A stretch of 64,000 bases of DNA from a virus, in the IMG/VR virus record IMGVR_UViG_3300005731_000127, positions 19,660-83,659 of that record; one strand, written 5' to 3'. Positions 1 to 10,601 of the stretch are shown here, in pieces. The translations under genes and the position numbers were made by a program. Every line of letters starts with the position of its first letter. Position 1 is the first letter of the stretch. The notes below the pieces were generated by a model. That model was not told the origin of the DNA and made no database searches. It saw only the letters and a list, made by a program, of their open reading frames with translations.

Positions 1-26
1 CTGTTGATTACTCCGATAATTATGTT

Positions 27-248
27 ATGGATGTATCTAAAGGTATTGATAGAGCTATTTACTTAGGTGATGTTCTTGTAGAGCATATGCATTGGACATT
101 CGGAAAATCCGAGTTCGATAAAACATCTCAAGAGGCTCATGTTCGCAGAGGCAGGGATGATAATGGTAAAGTGTACAGAGAATCACAAGAACAAATAAAA
201 GAAGATATAAGGAAATTGAATGATTATACACTTACATATATACGATAA
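27..248 (+). CDS. C-terminal part of a probable glycosyltransferase (gene begins before the window)
   Basis: Frame is open to the window edge; 'VEHMHW' resembles the end of phage GT2-like proteins; first gene of a glycan cluster. Confidence 0.4.
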   Translation: MDVSKGIDRAIYLGDVLVEHMHWTFGKSEFDKTSQEAHVRRGRDDNGKVYRESQEQIKEDIRKLNDYTLTYIR

Positions 249-1116
249 TGCAGTGATGCCTGTTCATGACAATGATCGAGTTTATAGGAATACTGTGCCT
301 TTTTGCTTTGATGGTCTTTACCAGCATACGGTTAATACGCCAATACTTAATGACGTTGATTATTATATGGGGCAGTTTAATGATAGCTCTAAACTAAGTC
401 TAGATTATTTAGAAACTAATTTTAAGAATTTTAATAAATGTCCAGAAAGACATATTCTAGATATAGAAGGTGATTGGGCGTATCGTGATGTTCCAGAAGA
501 GATATTTAAAACTGGATGTAAATTTATAATGAATGGCGTTAAGTCTAATTATAGTGAATACTTGCATAATATTTTTGTTCGCCCGACCTTTTCTAAGAAT
601 CTAATGAGCCTTGTTAAGAAAAAAGCGTTTTATCATCCTAATTACAATCGCGTTTTTTCGTTTCGAGGACTGCCAGACCCACACGGAGTTAGAAATGAAA
701 TGAAGTGTTTTTTTGATGATAATGGTTTTGATAATAATATTCAATTTACTCATTCATGGAAAGGGTCGTCAAATGATAAAAAGGATCATTATAAATTTGC
801 CGAAAATATTTTAGGCGGAACATTCAGTTTATGTCCGAGGGGAACAGGTGTTGATTCGGTTAGATTTTTGGAATCATGTTTTTATGGCAGGATTCCTATT
901 GTAATTTCTGATAATATATGTTTTGGTCATGATTTTAATAAGCCATTTTACTTTCAAATGGATAGAATAGATAGTGCTGCAATAAACGAAATATCAAAAT
1001 TGCCAATTAATGTAATTAATGAATACTCTAGAAACGCTGTTGAATTTTTCAATACTTATGTTAAAGAGTATTTTGCGGACCCAACATTACAATTTATAAA
1101 ATGGAATAGTCGATGA
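220..1116 (+). CDS. Exostosin-like (GT47) glycosyltransferase
   Basis: FSLCPRGTGVDSVRFLESCFYGRIPIVISD matches the exostosin/GT47 signature. Confidence 0.8.
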   Translation: MIIHLHIYDNAVMPVHDNDRVYRNTVPFCFDGLYQHTVNTPILNDVDYYMGQFNDSSKLSLDYLETNFKNFNKCPERHILDIEGDWAYRDVPEEIFKTGCKFIMNGVKSNYSEYLHNIFVRPTFSKNLMSLVKKKAFYHPNYNRVFSFRGLPDPHGVRNEMKCFFDDNGFDNNIQFTHSWKGSSNDKKDHYKFAENILGGTFSLCPRGTGVDSVRFLESCFYGRIPIVISDNICFGHDFNKPFYFQMDRIDSAAINEISKLPINVINEYSRNAVEFFNTYVKEYFADPTLQFIKWNSR

Positions 1117-1721
1117 AAAATATCCTTTATAATGCTATGGATAAAGAAGCTTCAAAACTACCGAATGGTGGCAAAATAAGCGATGGTGACCTGACTGGTC
1201 ACGACATTAGAAATATAGTTAATAATATTTGTTCTAATTTTAAAATAAGGTATTTGGAGATAGGTCTTTATCGCGGTGGAATATTCTCCGCAGCTTTGTA
1301 TAAAAATAAGATTGAAGCGGTTGGAATAGATAACTGGAGCCAAAACTGGTCATCACAAGATTCTAGATTAGTATTTATGGACCGCCTTAATGAGAATAGG
1401 GGTGAGAATACTGTTGAGATAATTGAAAGTGATTGCTGGGTTCCTAATCTTCTTGGCGACAAAAAATTCAACGTATATACATTTGACGGACCTCATGGTT
1501 GGCAGGACCAGTATGACGCTTTAGTTAAGTATATTGATAATATGGATGATAGATTTATTTACATAGTTGACGACTATGATATAGAAAAGTCTCCCGAAGT
1601 TGTTGATGCTGTGCAGCAGTCTATTAAAGACTTGAATTTAAAAATAACAGATGATTATACCTTTAGAGCCGGATACGGTTATCACGAAGGTGTCTATTTT
1701 GCAAGCTTGGAGAAAGAATGA
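1113..1721 (+). CDS. Class I SAM-dependent methyltransferase (Methyltransf_24-like)
   Basis: YLEIGLYRG motif I, GIDNW, FDGPH, IVDDY. Confidence 0.8.
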   Translation: MKNILYNAMDKEASKLPNGGKISDGDLTGHDIRNIVNNICSNFKIRYLEIGLYRGGIFSAALYKNKIEAVGIDNWSQNWSSQDSRLVFMDRLNENRGENTVEIIESDCWVPNLLGDKKFNVYTFDGPHGWQDQYDALVKYIDNMDDRFIYIVDDYDIEKSPEVVDAVQQSIKDLNLKITDDYTFRAGYGYHEGVYFASLEKE

Positions 1722-2632
1722 AAATTTTAACAGTATATAATACATGCGGAATTAATGGCGATAAAATTGATTGGTATATTCAGTGTATTGAAAGTATTTT
1801 AAGACAAGATTATAAAAACCAAAAAGTTGTTGTTTCTTCGTGTCTTAATTCGGAAGACTGTATGCGAAGATTAAAGAAGAAATTTGGCGATAAGATTATT
1901 GTTTGTTTATATAGAGATAGGTATATAGTTAATACCACTTTTAATAAGACGGTTCTTGAGTTTGGTAAAGATTGTGATGCTTACTTTTTCTTGGATTCTG
2001 GAGTTGATTTAGGTGATGACACTTCCGTCCTAAGTCAAATGGTAGAAAGGCTTTCTGACAGTTCTATGGTTTCTGTTCAAACAGATACTGATACTGGTTT
2101 TGAGTCTATTGGGTTAAAGCAAGATAGTGACATAAGTCAGGTAAAAGAAGATATAGAGATTCCTGTTGGAAAAGGCATCAATCTTCATTGTCAGCTATTT
2201 TCTAGAGATATATTAGATACTTTTGGTCTAGTCATTCCTGATGTTTTTGCCGCTTATTGTACTGAAAGCACTTTTTCGTTTCTTAATGCCTGCGTGGAGA
2301 AAAAATGGAAAATAATTAAGGACGTAATTGTTCATCACAATAAAGCCGTTGACGGTCCATCATCGTCACAACCCCATTGGTCGCCAGTACATAGAACTCC
2401 TTGGAATAATTTACTTTATGGCAGGGATGCTAGAGATTTTATTCATGATCCGCAGGCTATTAGCGCCGGATTAGGTTACGAAGAATGTGGCAAAATAATG
2501 CTTCATGATGATTCGGCTTATTCTAACGGAATACCAAAACACAAACAAGAATTAATAGACTCAGTTAAAAAGTATTTTTATTCAAACAAAGAAGAACTTA
2601 ATTATGCCATCATCAACACGACAATATTCTAA
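1718..2632 (+). CDS. Glycosyltransferase, GT-A/GT2-like
   Basis: CIESILRQDY and YFFLDSG motifs; cluster context. Confidence 0.65.
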   Translation: MKILTVYNTCGINGDKIDWYIQCIESILRQDYKNQKVVVSSCLNSEDCMRRLKKKFGDKIIVCLYRDRYIVNTTFNKTVLEFGKDCDAYFFLDSGVDLGDDTSVLSQMVERLSDSSMVSVQTDTDTGFESIGLKQDSDISQVKEDIEIPVGKGINLHCQLFSRDILDTFGLVIPDVFAAYCTESTFSFLNACVEKKWKIIKDVIVHHNKAVDGPSSSQPHWSPVHRTPWNNLLYGRDARDFIHDPQAISAGLGYEECGKIMLHDDSAYSNGIPKHKQELIDSVKKYFYSNKEELNYAIINTTIF

Positions 2633-3083
2633 ACATATAGAAAATCGCGGATCAATATATACGACTTATAATGAATCTGATTTTCCGACGATCAAATTTG
2701 TTCAGGATAAGGTGTCCGTTTCTAAAAAAGGCGTGATTCGCGGATTTCATGGTGACGACAAAACTTATAAACTAATAACATGTCTTCATGGAGTGTTTGA
2801 TTTAGTAGTATTTGACATGGATAAACAAATAACTCAAAAGTACCATTTGAATTCAGAAGATGATTTTTGTAACTCCATTCTTGTTCCGCCGCGACATCTT
2901 AATGGTCATCAGTGTTTATCAGAAGAATGTGTGCTACATTATAAATGGAGCGAGTATTATAATCTCGGAGGACAATATAGCGTGTATTATAATGATGAAA
3001 CAATAAATCCACAATGGAGGCGTCTTAACAAAACGCTTGTTTCTGAACGAGACATGTCAGCACCTAGTTTTTTGGATTTATAA
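2604..3083 (+). CDS. rmlC: dTDP-4-dehydrorhamnose 3,5-epimerase-like cupin
   Basis: FVQDKVSVSKKGVIRGFH, KLITCLHG, GHQCLS. Confidence 0.85.
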   Translation: MPSSTRQYSKHIENRGSIYTTYNESDFPTIKFVQDKVSVSKKGVIRGFHGDDKTYKLITCLHGVFDLVVFDMDKQITQKYHLNSEDDFCNSILVPPRHLNGHQCLSEECVLHYKWSEYYNLGGQYSVYYNDETINPQWRRLNKTLVSERDMSAPSFLDL

Positions 3084-3748
3084 TGTTATCAGTAATAGTT
3101 GTGAGTAAAAACCGGCACTCTATCTTACAAAGATGCTTAAAATCAATAGTTGATAATAGCACAAATATAGATTTATGGGTTGGTTATGACAATGATGACG
3201 AACTAACAAATGAAATAGGATTATTTTTTGGAGCTAAAACAGCCTCGTCAAAAGAATCAGGAAATAGGCATAAGTATCTATTAAACCCAATATCTAATGC
3301 GTGTAGTGGTGACTATGTTATTTCTATAAATGACGATGTCGAGGTAATGACGAAAGATTTTGACATCATTATAAATGATACGATGCATAGTAATTTCTGT
3401 AAAGGTATTGGTTATGGTATTTGTAAAGAGTCTTGGTCTATAGGAAATGCAAAAAAAGACTGGGAAGAATCTTTAGGTCATCCATATGCGTGTTATCCGG
3501 TTTTAACAAGATCGTTAATTAACGCACTTGGATATTTTATGCCTCCACAGATATCTGGTCCCGGAGCCGATATAGCTTTGTCATCAGTTATTTTTGGTGC
3601 TGACAATCCACAGTTTTGCAATATTAGTGTCGATATTTTTGATCACGCTTATGTGTCTGATAAAAACCAATCCAGACATTATAATAATTATACAAATCAA
3701 GACCTAAATAAAGATATTGAGAAAATAAATGCACATACTAATAATTAA
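3083..3748 (+). CDS. Glycosyltransferase family 2
   Basis: LSVIVVSKNR...RCLKSI, GDYVISINDD. Confidence 0.8.
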   Translation: MLSVIVVSKNRHSILQRCLKSIVDNSTNIDLWVGYDNDDELTNEIGLFFGAKTASSKESGNRHKYLLNPISNACSGDYVISINDDVEVMTKDFDIIINDTMHSNFCKGIGYGICKESWSIGNAKKDWEESLGHPYACYPVLTRSLINALGYFMPPQISGPGADIALSSVIFGADNPQFCNISVDIFDHAYVSDKNQSRHYNNYTNQDLNKDIEKINAHTNN

Positions 3749-5237
3749 TCCTAGTTCAGCAAGTTTGTATCAGGATTTAAAAAAAGATTTTTCAGCAAAA
3801 GAGCCGAATATATGGGCTGGTCTTTTAGCAAACGCGGTACGGTCTCGGCATAAAGTTACAATCTACGATATGGAGATAGAGAAGCCCTCCGCTCATAAGT
3901 TTGCATGTGATATTAAGTCGATTGATCCTGCTTTTCTTTTATTTGTTGCTACGGGGCAGAATCCAAATGCTTCGACAGCAGCAATGCACGGAGCTACTTT
4001 AGCTGCTAAAAGTTTACGTGATTATGGGGTTCGAGAAAAGATAGCATTTATCGGTCCTCACGTTAATGCCCTGCCTTACGAAACTTTAGAAAAACATGAA
4101 GATATTGATATCGTTTTTTGTAATGAAGGAATTTATGCTCTCAAAAATTTACTTAATACAGATTTGTCCGATGAGTCGCTAAAAAGCGTTAATGGTATTT
4201 ATTGGAAAAATGAGGAACGGGAAATAGTAATGAATCCTCCGGAGATGATCGTTCCTCAAGATATGTTAGAACAAGATATGCCGGGTATAGCTTATGACTT
4301 AATGCCTTCTCTTGATAAGTACAGAACTAGTCCGTGGCATACTAATTTTAAAGGCGGGACTTCTCCGTTTGCCAGTATTTATACTAGTCTTGGGTGTTTT
4401 TCAAGATGTTCGTTTTGTATGATTAATTCAATCAATAGAATATCAAATGACACAAAAGATAAAAAGTATTCCGCTGCTGACTTTAATATCTTTAGATATT
4501 GGAATCCAGAGTTTACAATTAAACAACTAGAGTATTTATCCGAGAATGGCGTTTATAATCTAAAAATTGCTGATGAAATGTTTGTTTATAGACCAAAGCA
4601 TTTTATGAGATTATGCGAATTAATAAAAGAAAGGGGTCTTGATTTTAATATTTGGGCTTATAGTCGTGTCGATACAGCAAAGCCTCATTATCTTGAAACT
4701 CTAAGAGAAGCTGGTGTTAGGCATTTGGCTTTAGGTATAGAGTCTGCAAATCAAACAGTAAGACAGGAGATAGACAAAGGCAGATTCAAGGAAATAAACA
4801 TTAGGGATATTGTTGATGAAATAAATAAAAGCGATATAGGGGTTGGTGGAAATTTTATAGTAGGATTGCAAGGTGATTCGTATGAAACAATGCAGCAAAC
4901 AATGAATTTAGCATTTGAATTGGATTTAGCGAATATGAACGTTTACTGTTCTACAGCGTTGCCGGGGAGTCCTTTGTATTTGCAGGCTAAACAAGAGGGG
5001 AGATTTTTGCCAGAAAAATATTCTGAGTTTGGTTTCTTAAGTTATGATCATATTCCTGATAGTACAGAATTTTTAACTTCAAAAGAAGTTTTACAATTTC
5101 GTGATTATTTCTTTGATTCGTACTTTACAAATCCCGGCGTTCTTAATAGAATGAATAAGAAGTATGGTGAAAAATCCGTAGAAAACATAAACAAGATGAC
5201 ATCAATAAAACTCAAAAGAAAATTGTTAGGTGATTAA
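3729..5237 (+). CDS. B12-binding radical SAM protein (class B methyltransferase-like)
   Basis: TSLGCFSRCSFC (CxxxCxxC), N-terminal cobalamin-binding-type domain, LGIES, PGSPLY. Confidence 0.9.
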   Translation: MHILIINPSSASLYQDLKKDFSAKEPNIWAGLLANAVRSRHKVTIYDMEIEKPSAHKFACDIKSIDPAFLLFVATGQNPNASTAAMHGATLAAKSLRDYGVREKIAFIGPHVNALPYETLEKHEDIDIVFCNEGIYALKNLLNTDLSDESLKSVNGIYWKNEEREIVMNPPEMIVPQDMLEQDMPGIAYDLMPSLDKYRTSPWHTNFKGGTSPFASIYTSLGCFSRCSFCMINSINRISNDTKDKKYSAADFNIFRYWNPEFTIKQLEYLSENGVYNLKIADEMFVYRPKHFMRLCELIKERGLDFNIWAYSRVDTAKPHYLETLREAGVRHLALGIESANQTVRQEIDKGRFKEINIRDIVDEINKSDIGVGGNFIVGLQGDSYETMQQTMNLAFELDLANMNVYCSTALPGSPLYLQAKQEGRFLPEKYSEFGFLSYDHIPDSTEFLTSKEVLQFRDYFFDSYFTNPGVLNRMNKKYGEKSVENINKMTSIKLKRKLLGD

Positions 5238-5756
5238 ATGAAAAAATGTTTGATTATTACGTGGGAAAAATTTCAGGACCATGAGGTTATTTACCCATAT
5301 TATTCTGCTAAAGAGCATGGGTACGAAGTAACTGTAGCAGCAAATAAACCCGGAAAAATTTTTGGAATACTAGGCTGTCATATCAATTGTGATATTCCAT
5401 GCGATTCGCTTTACAATAAGAGTGTAGATGATTACGATTTAGTAATTATTCCCGGAGGCGTTAAAGCTCTTGAAAAATTAAGATTGAATAATCCAGCGGT
5501 TGAGTTTGTTAAAAAATGGATGAATGCCGATAAGCCGACTTTTGTCCTGTGTAATGGTCCTCAACTGCTGATTACGGCAGATGTTCTTAAAGGAAGAACT
5601 ATAACCGGGTATTATGCTATCGAAAAAGATATAGAAAATGCCGGTGCTACATATAGTCATGACGATGTTGTTGTTGATGGTAATTTAGTTTCTTGCCCTC
5701 ATTACGATTTTATGGGCGAATGGCTACTAGCTGGGTATGAGTCAATTGATAGTTAA
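5238..5756 (+). CDS. DJ-1/PfpI family protein
   Basis: FQDHEVIYPY, IIPGG, LCNGPQLL, VVVDGNLVS. Confidence 0.9.
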   Translation: MKKCLIITWEKFQDHEVIYPYYSAKEHGYEVTVAANKPGKIFGILGCHINCDIPCDSLYNKSVDDYDLVIIPGGVKALEKLRLNNPAVEFVKKWMNADKPTFVLCNGPQLLITADVLKGRTITGYYAIEKDIENAGATYSHDDVVVDGNLVSCPHYDFMGEWLLAGYESIDS

Positions 5757-6336
5757 AAAACCTTGGGGTTACGAGTATCCTGCTTTCGAGAATGATGAAG
5801 TAGGAATATGGATTCTTCGTATTAAGAGCGGGGAATCTACATCCTTACACTGTCATCCAAATAAAGAAACGGGGTTGATTGTGTTGCAAGGTATTGTGGC
5901 TATTGACTTTATGAATCACAGGATTATTAAATATAGTGAAGAAAAAACGATGCTTCGTCGTGGATTATTTCATAAATCTACTGCAATGAATGGTGATGCC
6001 GTATTGTTAGAAATAGAAGCTCCTAATAATAAGACGGATTTAGTAAGGCTTGAGGATAAGTATAATAGGAATTCAGACTACGAAGAATCATCGGAAGAAC
6101 CTTCTGAGTTAGACCTTTCAAGACCTTGCAAATTTAATTTGTCGGAGTTTAACTATCACAAAGTAACAAATAAAAAAGAAATAGGATGGGCTAAGTTATT
6201 CATATTTACTAAAGGAGGGCTTAAGTGTGGTGACGATATGATTGTCAAAGCTGGTGATGTTCTAGAATTTAACACACTCAAAAGACTCCTTGACAAGTTT
6301 GATTTAATTGACACGGAGTATATTACAATATGCTAA
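5737..6336 (+). CDS. Cupin, mannose-6-phosphate isomerase type II C-terminal-like
   Basis: KPWGYE, TSLHCHPNKET, DLVRLEDKYNR. Confidence 0.8.
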   Translation: MSQLIVKKPWGYEYPAFENDEVGIWILRIKSGESTSLHCHPNKETGLIVLQGIVAIDFMNHRIIKYSEEKTMLRRGLFHKSTAMNGDAVLLEIEAPNNKTDLVRLEDKYNRNSDYEESSEEPSELDLSRPCKFNLSEFNYHKVTNKKEIGWAKLFIFTKGGLKCGDDMIVKAGDVLEFNTLKRLLDKFDLIDTEYITIC

Positions 6337-7133
6337 AAATTGATAAAAATAAAATTATAAAAAGGGCTTTATTTTGTAGGTCTTTTGAGGACTGTTTGTA
6401 TGATCAGATTAAAAAAGGTAATATAAATATTCCGGTTTATCTTTCTGCTGGACAAGAAATAATTCCCGCAGTGATAAGTAGCATCTGTGAAAAAATGAAT
6501 ATCAAACCTATGATATTTGCTCAACATAGGTGTCACTCTACTTATATATCTTTTGGCGGCGATTATATACGTCTCATTCATGAGTTGTTAGGTCTACCAA
6601 CTGGATGCTCTAATGGTATGGGTGGATCGGCATCTATTCATGATCAGAAAATAAAGATGTTTGGTCACGATGGTATGATGGGCAGCAATATCCCAATAGG
6701 TACAGGGGCGTGCCATGCCTCTAAGCAGCCAACGATTGTTTTTGCCGGTGATGCCGCAGCCGAAGAGGATTATGCATTGTCGTCATATGGATGGGCGGCG
6801 ACTCACAACCTTCCTATTTTATTCGTTGTCGAGGATAATAATCTTTCTATCTTAACAGAAAAATCCGTTAGGCGAAATTGGGAAATAGCACCGGTATCTC
6901 AGGCTATGGGTGTAGAGTCTTATTCTATAATAGATACACAAGAGCAGATAATTAAGTATTCACAAAATTTCTTTAAAGGTCCGGTTCTTCTCAATATTGA
7001 GACGGTTAGAAAGTATTGGCATTCTGGAGCCGGAACTGATGGAGATCAATATGATCATCTAAGAGATTACGACTTAACTCCATTTAAGAATGTTATTAAT
7101 CAACAATGGGAAAAGGCTTTAAGGTTACTATGA
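6330..7133 (+). CDS. TPP-dependent dehydrogenase E1 alpha-like subunit
   Basis: YLSAGQE, HRCH, GMGGSASI, GDAAAEE...VVEDN TPP-binding motif. Confidence 0.9.
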   Translation: MLKIDKNKIIKRALFCRSFEDCLYDQIKKGNINIPVYLSAGQEIIPAVISSICEKMNIKPMIFAQHRCHSTYISFGGDYIRLIHELLGLPTGCSNGMGGSASIHDQKIKMFGHDGMMGSNIPIGTGACHASKQPTIVFAGDAAAEEDYALSSYGWAATHNLPILFVVEDNNLSILTEKSVRRNWEIAPVSQAMGVESYSIIDTQEQIIKYSQNFFKGPVLLNIETVRKYWHSGAGTDGDQYDHLRDYDLTPFKNVINQQWEKALRLL

Positions 7134-8023
7134 AACTAAAAGACAAAATATCTGAGATAACAAAGAAGCATTTACTTGACGGTAATTTGCTGTATGGTCA
7201 ATGCCTCACTGCTGTTGGGAATGTTGGTGGAACAGTTCCGGATATGGAGGATAACCACGGAATAGTTGAGCTATCAATGGCTGATGTTGCTGGTGGCGCT
7301 TTTGTTGTTGGTGGCGGTCTTATGGGGAAAAGACCGATCTACGTCATTAGGTATCAGGGGTTTTCTTGGTACAATATGATTAGTATAGTTAATTATGCCG
7401 CAAAAAGCAAAGAGATGTGGGGTGTCCCTTGTCCTATTTTAGTGCGGTCTATTGCGATGGAAGGTGCTATCGGTCCTGTTGCCGGAAGTTCTCATCATAG
7501 TGCGTTTTATAGAATGCCGGGGATCAAGATATATTCGCCAATGACTCCGGGCGAATATCAGTCTATGTATGATGATTTTATGCAGGATGATTCTGTCTAC
7601 TATGTTTCAGAGCATCGCGGAGCATATGACGTGGATTATGAATTAAATAACATTACATTTGAAAAACCGGACGTGTGTTTGTATCCTGTTTCTATAACTA
7701 GACTTGCGGCGATGGAGGTGTCGAAGAGATTACAAGACGAAGGTATCAATGTCGCCGTATATCATCAAAGAAAACTTACAGATCACGCTCAAGACGAGGA
7801 AGTTCAAGCTGCGGCACAAGCTAAAGTATCACTTGTTTTAGATGATGACTATTCTCAGGGTGTTGCTACTAATATAGCTTATAACATACAAAAAGAAAGT
7901 GATATCAAATTAAACATATTCCCACTAGGACTAGAGAAAAAATCGGCGGGATTTGCTAAACATTTAGATAATCTTCCTCCGGACGCTAATAAGATTTATG
8001 ATTATATAAAGGGGTTGCTATGA
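7130..8023 (+). CDS. TPP-dependent dehydrogenase/transketolase E1 beta-like subunit
   Basis: GKRPIYVIRY, IVNYAAK, GSSHHS, MPGIKIYSPMTP, SEHR; start taken at the ATG overlapping the alpha-subunit stop. Confidence 0.85.
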   Translation: MKLKDKISEITKKHLLDGNLLYGQCLTAVGNVGGTVPDMEDNHGIVELSMADVAGGAFVVGGGLMGKRPIYVIRYQGFSWYNMISIVNYAAKSKEMWGVPCPILVRSIAMEGAIGPVAGSSHHSAFYRMPGIKIYSPMTPGEYQSMYDDFMQDDSVYYVSEHRGAYDVDYELNNITFEKPDVCLYPVSITRLAAMEVSKRLQDEGINVAVYHQRKLTDHAQDEEVQAAAQAKVSLVLDDDYSQGVATNIAYNIQKESDIKLNIFPLGLEKKSAGFAKHLDNLPPDANKIYDYIKGLL

Positions 8024-8601
8024 AATATTTTTGTGTGCTTTTTCTTTTACTTGTTAGCACCGTAGGTGCATATGCCGAATCACCATATGTCCAAATATTA
8101 GATGAAAATTGGAATAATCATTCCGGGGTAGTAATTAAGTCCGGAAAAATTATTGAAGTTCTAACGTGTTCGCACATGGTTATGCTTAACGAGTCAAAAC
8201 GTATTAATGTTAAGTTTTTTAACGGTGAAGAATACATAAGCCTTCCGGCTAAAATTAAAAAAATAGATCATTCTAGGGATTTAATGCTGCTATCCGTTGA
8301 GAACAGGGCTACTATAATAGTAGATTCTGTTAAAATAAGTGATTCTGTTGAGAATGTCAACTGTATTATATATGGGTATTCTTTTAAGGATAGAAAAATT
8401 ATTCAGGCTACATACAGTCCGGTGGTTGCTACAGCGGATGGTCACGAACTGTATTCATTTAAGGGGTTTGGTGTTTCTGGAATGTCGGGGTCGGCTATAT
8501 TATCAAACAATAAAATTATTTCAATTCAATCCGCTGGAAAAAACGGTAGTATTATTGGAGCAAGTATTAAAGAGATTAAGGAATTTTTAAAGGAAAAATA
8601 A
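8020..8601 (+). CDS. Secreted trypsin-like serine protease
   Basis: Signal peptide; catalytic triad motifs LTCSH, RDLML, GMSGS. Confidence 0.8.
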   Translation: MKYFCVLFLLLVSTVGAYAESPYVQILDENWNNHSGVVIKSGKIIEVLTCSHMVMLNESKRINVKFFNGEEYISLPAKIKKIDHSRDLMLLSVENRATIIVDSVKISDSVENVNCIIYGYSFKDRKIIQATYSPVVATADGHELYSFKGFGVSGMSGSAILSNNKIISIQSAGKNGSIIGASIKEIKEFLKEK

Positions 8602-9068
8602 TGTTAACACAAGAACAAGAATCTACAAATTATCATACTTTTAGGCATATTGAAAGAGTTCGTAATCTTTTGGGTCGAACTATATCTAAACTATTAGTGC
8701 GTGCTGAAAAACATGATCAGTCTAAACTAGAATCGCCGGAAGTTGAATTATTTACAGAGTTTACAGATAAATTAAAGGATTGTGAATATGGAAGTGATGA
8801 ATACAATGGTTATCTAAAAAAGATGCAAGTCGCATTAAATCATCATTATGCAAATAATTCTCATCATCCGGAGCATTACGAAAAAGGAATTAATGATATG
8901 AGTTTGATGGACTTGATTGAAATGTTTGTGGACTGGAAAGCTGCTAGTGAAAGACATAATACCGGAAATATTCTTAAGTCAATTAAGGTTAACGCCGACA
9001 GATTTGGCATGAGTCCTCAGTTAGTAAAAATATTTGAAAACACAGCAAAGGAATTTGATGGTGAATAG
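8601..9068 (+). CDS. DUF5662 family HD-like protein
   Basis: HDQSKL, HHYANNSHHPEHY, DLIEMFVDW. Confidence 0.75.
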   Translation: MLTQEQESTNYHTFRHIERVRNLLGRTISKLLVRAEKHDQSKLESPEVELFTEFTDKLKDCEYGSDEYNGYLKKMQVALNHHYANNSHHPEHYEKGINDMSLMDLIEMFVDWKAASERHNTGNILKSIKVNADRFGMSPQLVKIFENTAKEFDGE

Positions 9069-10191
9069 AATAGAATTCGGTGAAGTCAGAATAGGCGAAA
9101 AAGCATTAGATAACCTAAAACATTGCTGTGAAACCAATTGGGTATCTGGTGGGCCAAAAGTTAAAGAGTTTGAAAGAAAGTGGAATGATCTTTTTGATTA
9201 CGAGGATAGTGTCGCCGTAAGTTCTGGTACGGATGCTGTAATAAATGCATGTTTAGCATTATACGATTTTGGTGCAAAACGTGGTGATGAAATTATTGTG
9301 CCAGCACTTTCTTTTATAGCAACTTCTAATGCTGTACGTGCTGCCGGATTTACTCCTGTATTTGTTGATGTAGATATTGAGACTCTCAACATTGATGTGT
9401 CTAAAATTAAATCCGCTATCACAGATAAGACTGTGGCTATTATTGCCGTTCATACAATGGGTAAAATGTGTGAAATGGATGTTATCTGTGGAATTGCGGA
9501 AGATTATGGCTTTAAAGTCATAGAGGATGCCGCAGAAGCTCATGGTGCGTCCTATCAGGGCATTAGGGTAGGCAAATGGGGTGATGCATCAACATATTCA
9601 TTCTACGTTGCTCATCTCGTTTGCTGTGGTGAGGGCGGAATGGTTTCGTGCAATACTCAAGAATACGCCAACATAATAAAATCAACACGATCTCATGGAA
9701 GACCTCATGACTCAATTTATTTTAATCATTTAAGAACTGGTATTAATTCTAAGATGAATGACTTGGAGGCTTCTATTGGTCTTGAGGCGATAGATGTTTT
9801 TTGGAAAACTTTTAATACTCGACATAAAACAATGCTAGATATTAGAGAAGCATGTCGCGGATTTGAGGATGTGGCAATTTTCTCTGAACAGGAAAGTGGC
9901 GATGTTAATTGTCCTCATGGTTTTAGCGTCACATGTGTAGATACTGGAAGAATTAATATTATAAAAACCACTTTGGATAAATACAATATTCATCATAAGA
10001 GAAATTTTGGATGTATTCCAACTCAACATAAAGCGTTCTCAGATATGGGATATTCTTTGGGTGATTTTCCCGCTGCCGAGTGGATTGGCGATAATGGTAT
10101 TCATATAGGTTGCCATCAATATTTGACTGAAGAAAATATAGATAGAATTAAAATAGCACTTAAAGAAGGACTATCTCAATGCACACTGTAA
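9058..10191 (+). CDS. DegT/DnrJ/EryC1/StrS PLP-dependent sugar aminotransferase
   Basis: VSSGTDA, FIATSNA, IEDAAEAHGA, SFYVAHL..GEGG (His at the usual catalytic Lys, as in E1/ColD-type dehydratases). Confidence 0.9.
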   Translation: MVNRIEFGEVRIGEKALDNLKHCCETNWVSGGPKVKEFERKWNDLFDYEDSVAVSSGTDAVINACLALYDFGAKRGDEIIVPALSFIATSNAVRAAGFTPVFVDVDIETLNIDVSKIKSAITDKTVAIIAVHTMGKMCEMDVICGIAEDYGFKVIEDAAEAHGASYQGIRVGKWGDASTYSFYVAHLVCCGEGGMVSCNTQEYANIIKSTRSHGRPHDSIYFNHLRTGINSKMNDLEASIGLEAIDVFWKTFNTRHKTMLDIREACRGFEDVAIFSEQESGDVNCPHGFSVTCVDTGRINIIKTTLDKYNIHHKRNFGCIPTQHKAFSDMGYSLGDFPAAEWIGDNGIHIGCHQYLTEENIDRIKIALKEGLSQCTL

Positions 10192-10601
10192 TGAAAACTT
10201 GGGGGTATGAGAAATGGATAGAGAACAATTCGGAATATTGTTGTAAGCTATTGCATGTGCTGCCGAAAAAGTTTTGCTCAGTTCATTTTCACAAAAAAAA
10301 GAAAGAAACATTCTATATTACAAAAGGTTCGTTTTTTTTAAAAGTTTTTGTGCCAGATAAAAAAGATATTGAAGTATTAAAAAATTTTGACGGCATAAAC
10401 CTTAATGATGAACTTACTGCTATTTTGTATAAATTTGATAACAGTCCTTGGAACTATACTTTAACTGAAGGTGAGTCATTTTCTATAGATAGATATACAT
10501 TACATACATTTTCGTCGGCATCAAAAATGCACTGTGAATTTATTGAAGCATCAACGTATCACGAAGATTCGGATTCATACAGATTAAGGAAAAGTACGTG
10601 A
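10179..10601 (+). CDS. Cupin (D-lyxose/mannose isomerase-like)
   Basis: KTWGYE, CSVHFHKKKKETFY, EASTYHEDSDSYR. Confidence 0.75.
   Translation: MHTVMKTWGYEKWIENNSEYCCKLLHVLPKKFCSVHFHKKKKETFYITKGSFFLKVFVPDKKDIEVLKNFDGINLNDELTAILYKFDNSPWNYTLTEGESFSIDRYTLHTFSSASKMHCEFIEASTYHEDSDSYRLRKST

Noticed and set aside
1158-10029. Short antisense ORFs inside the glycan cluster, and plus-strand ORFs nested in 27-64 kb
   Set aside because: Shadow ORFs opposite well-supported genes
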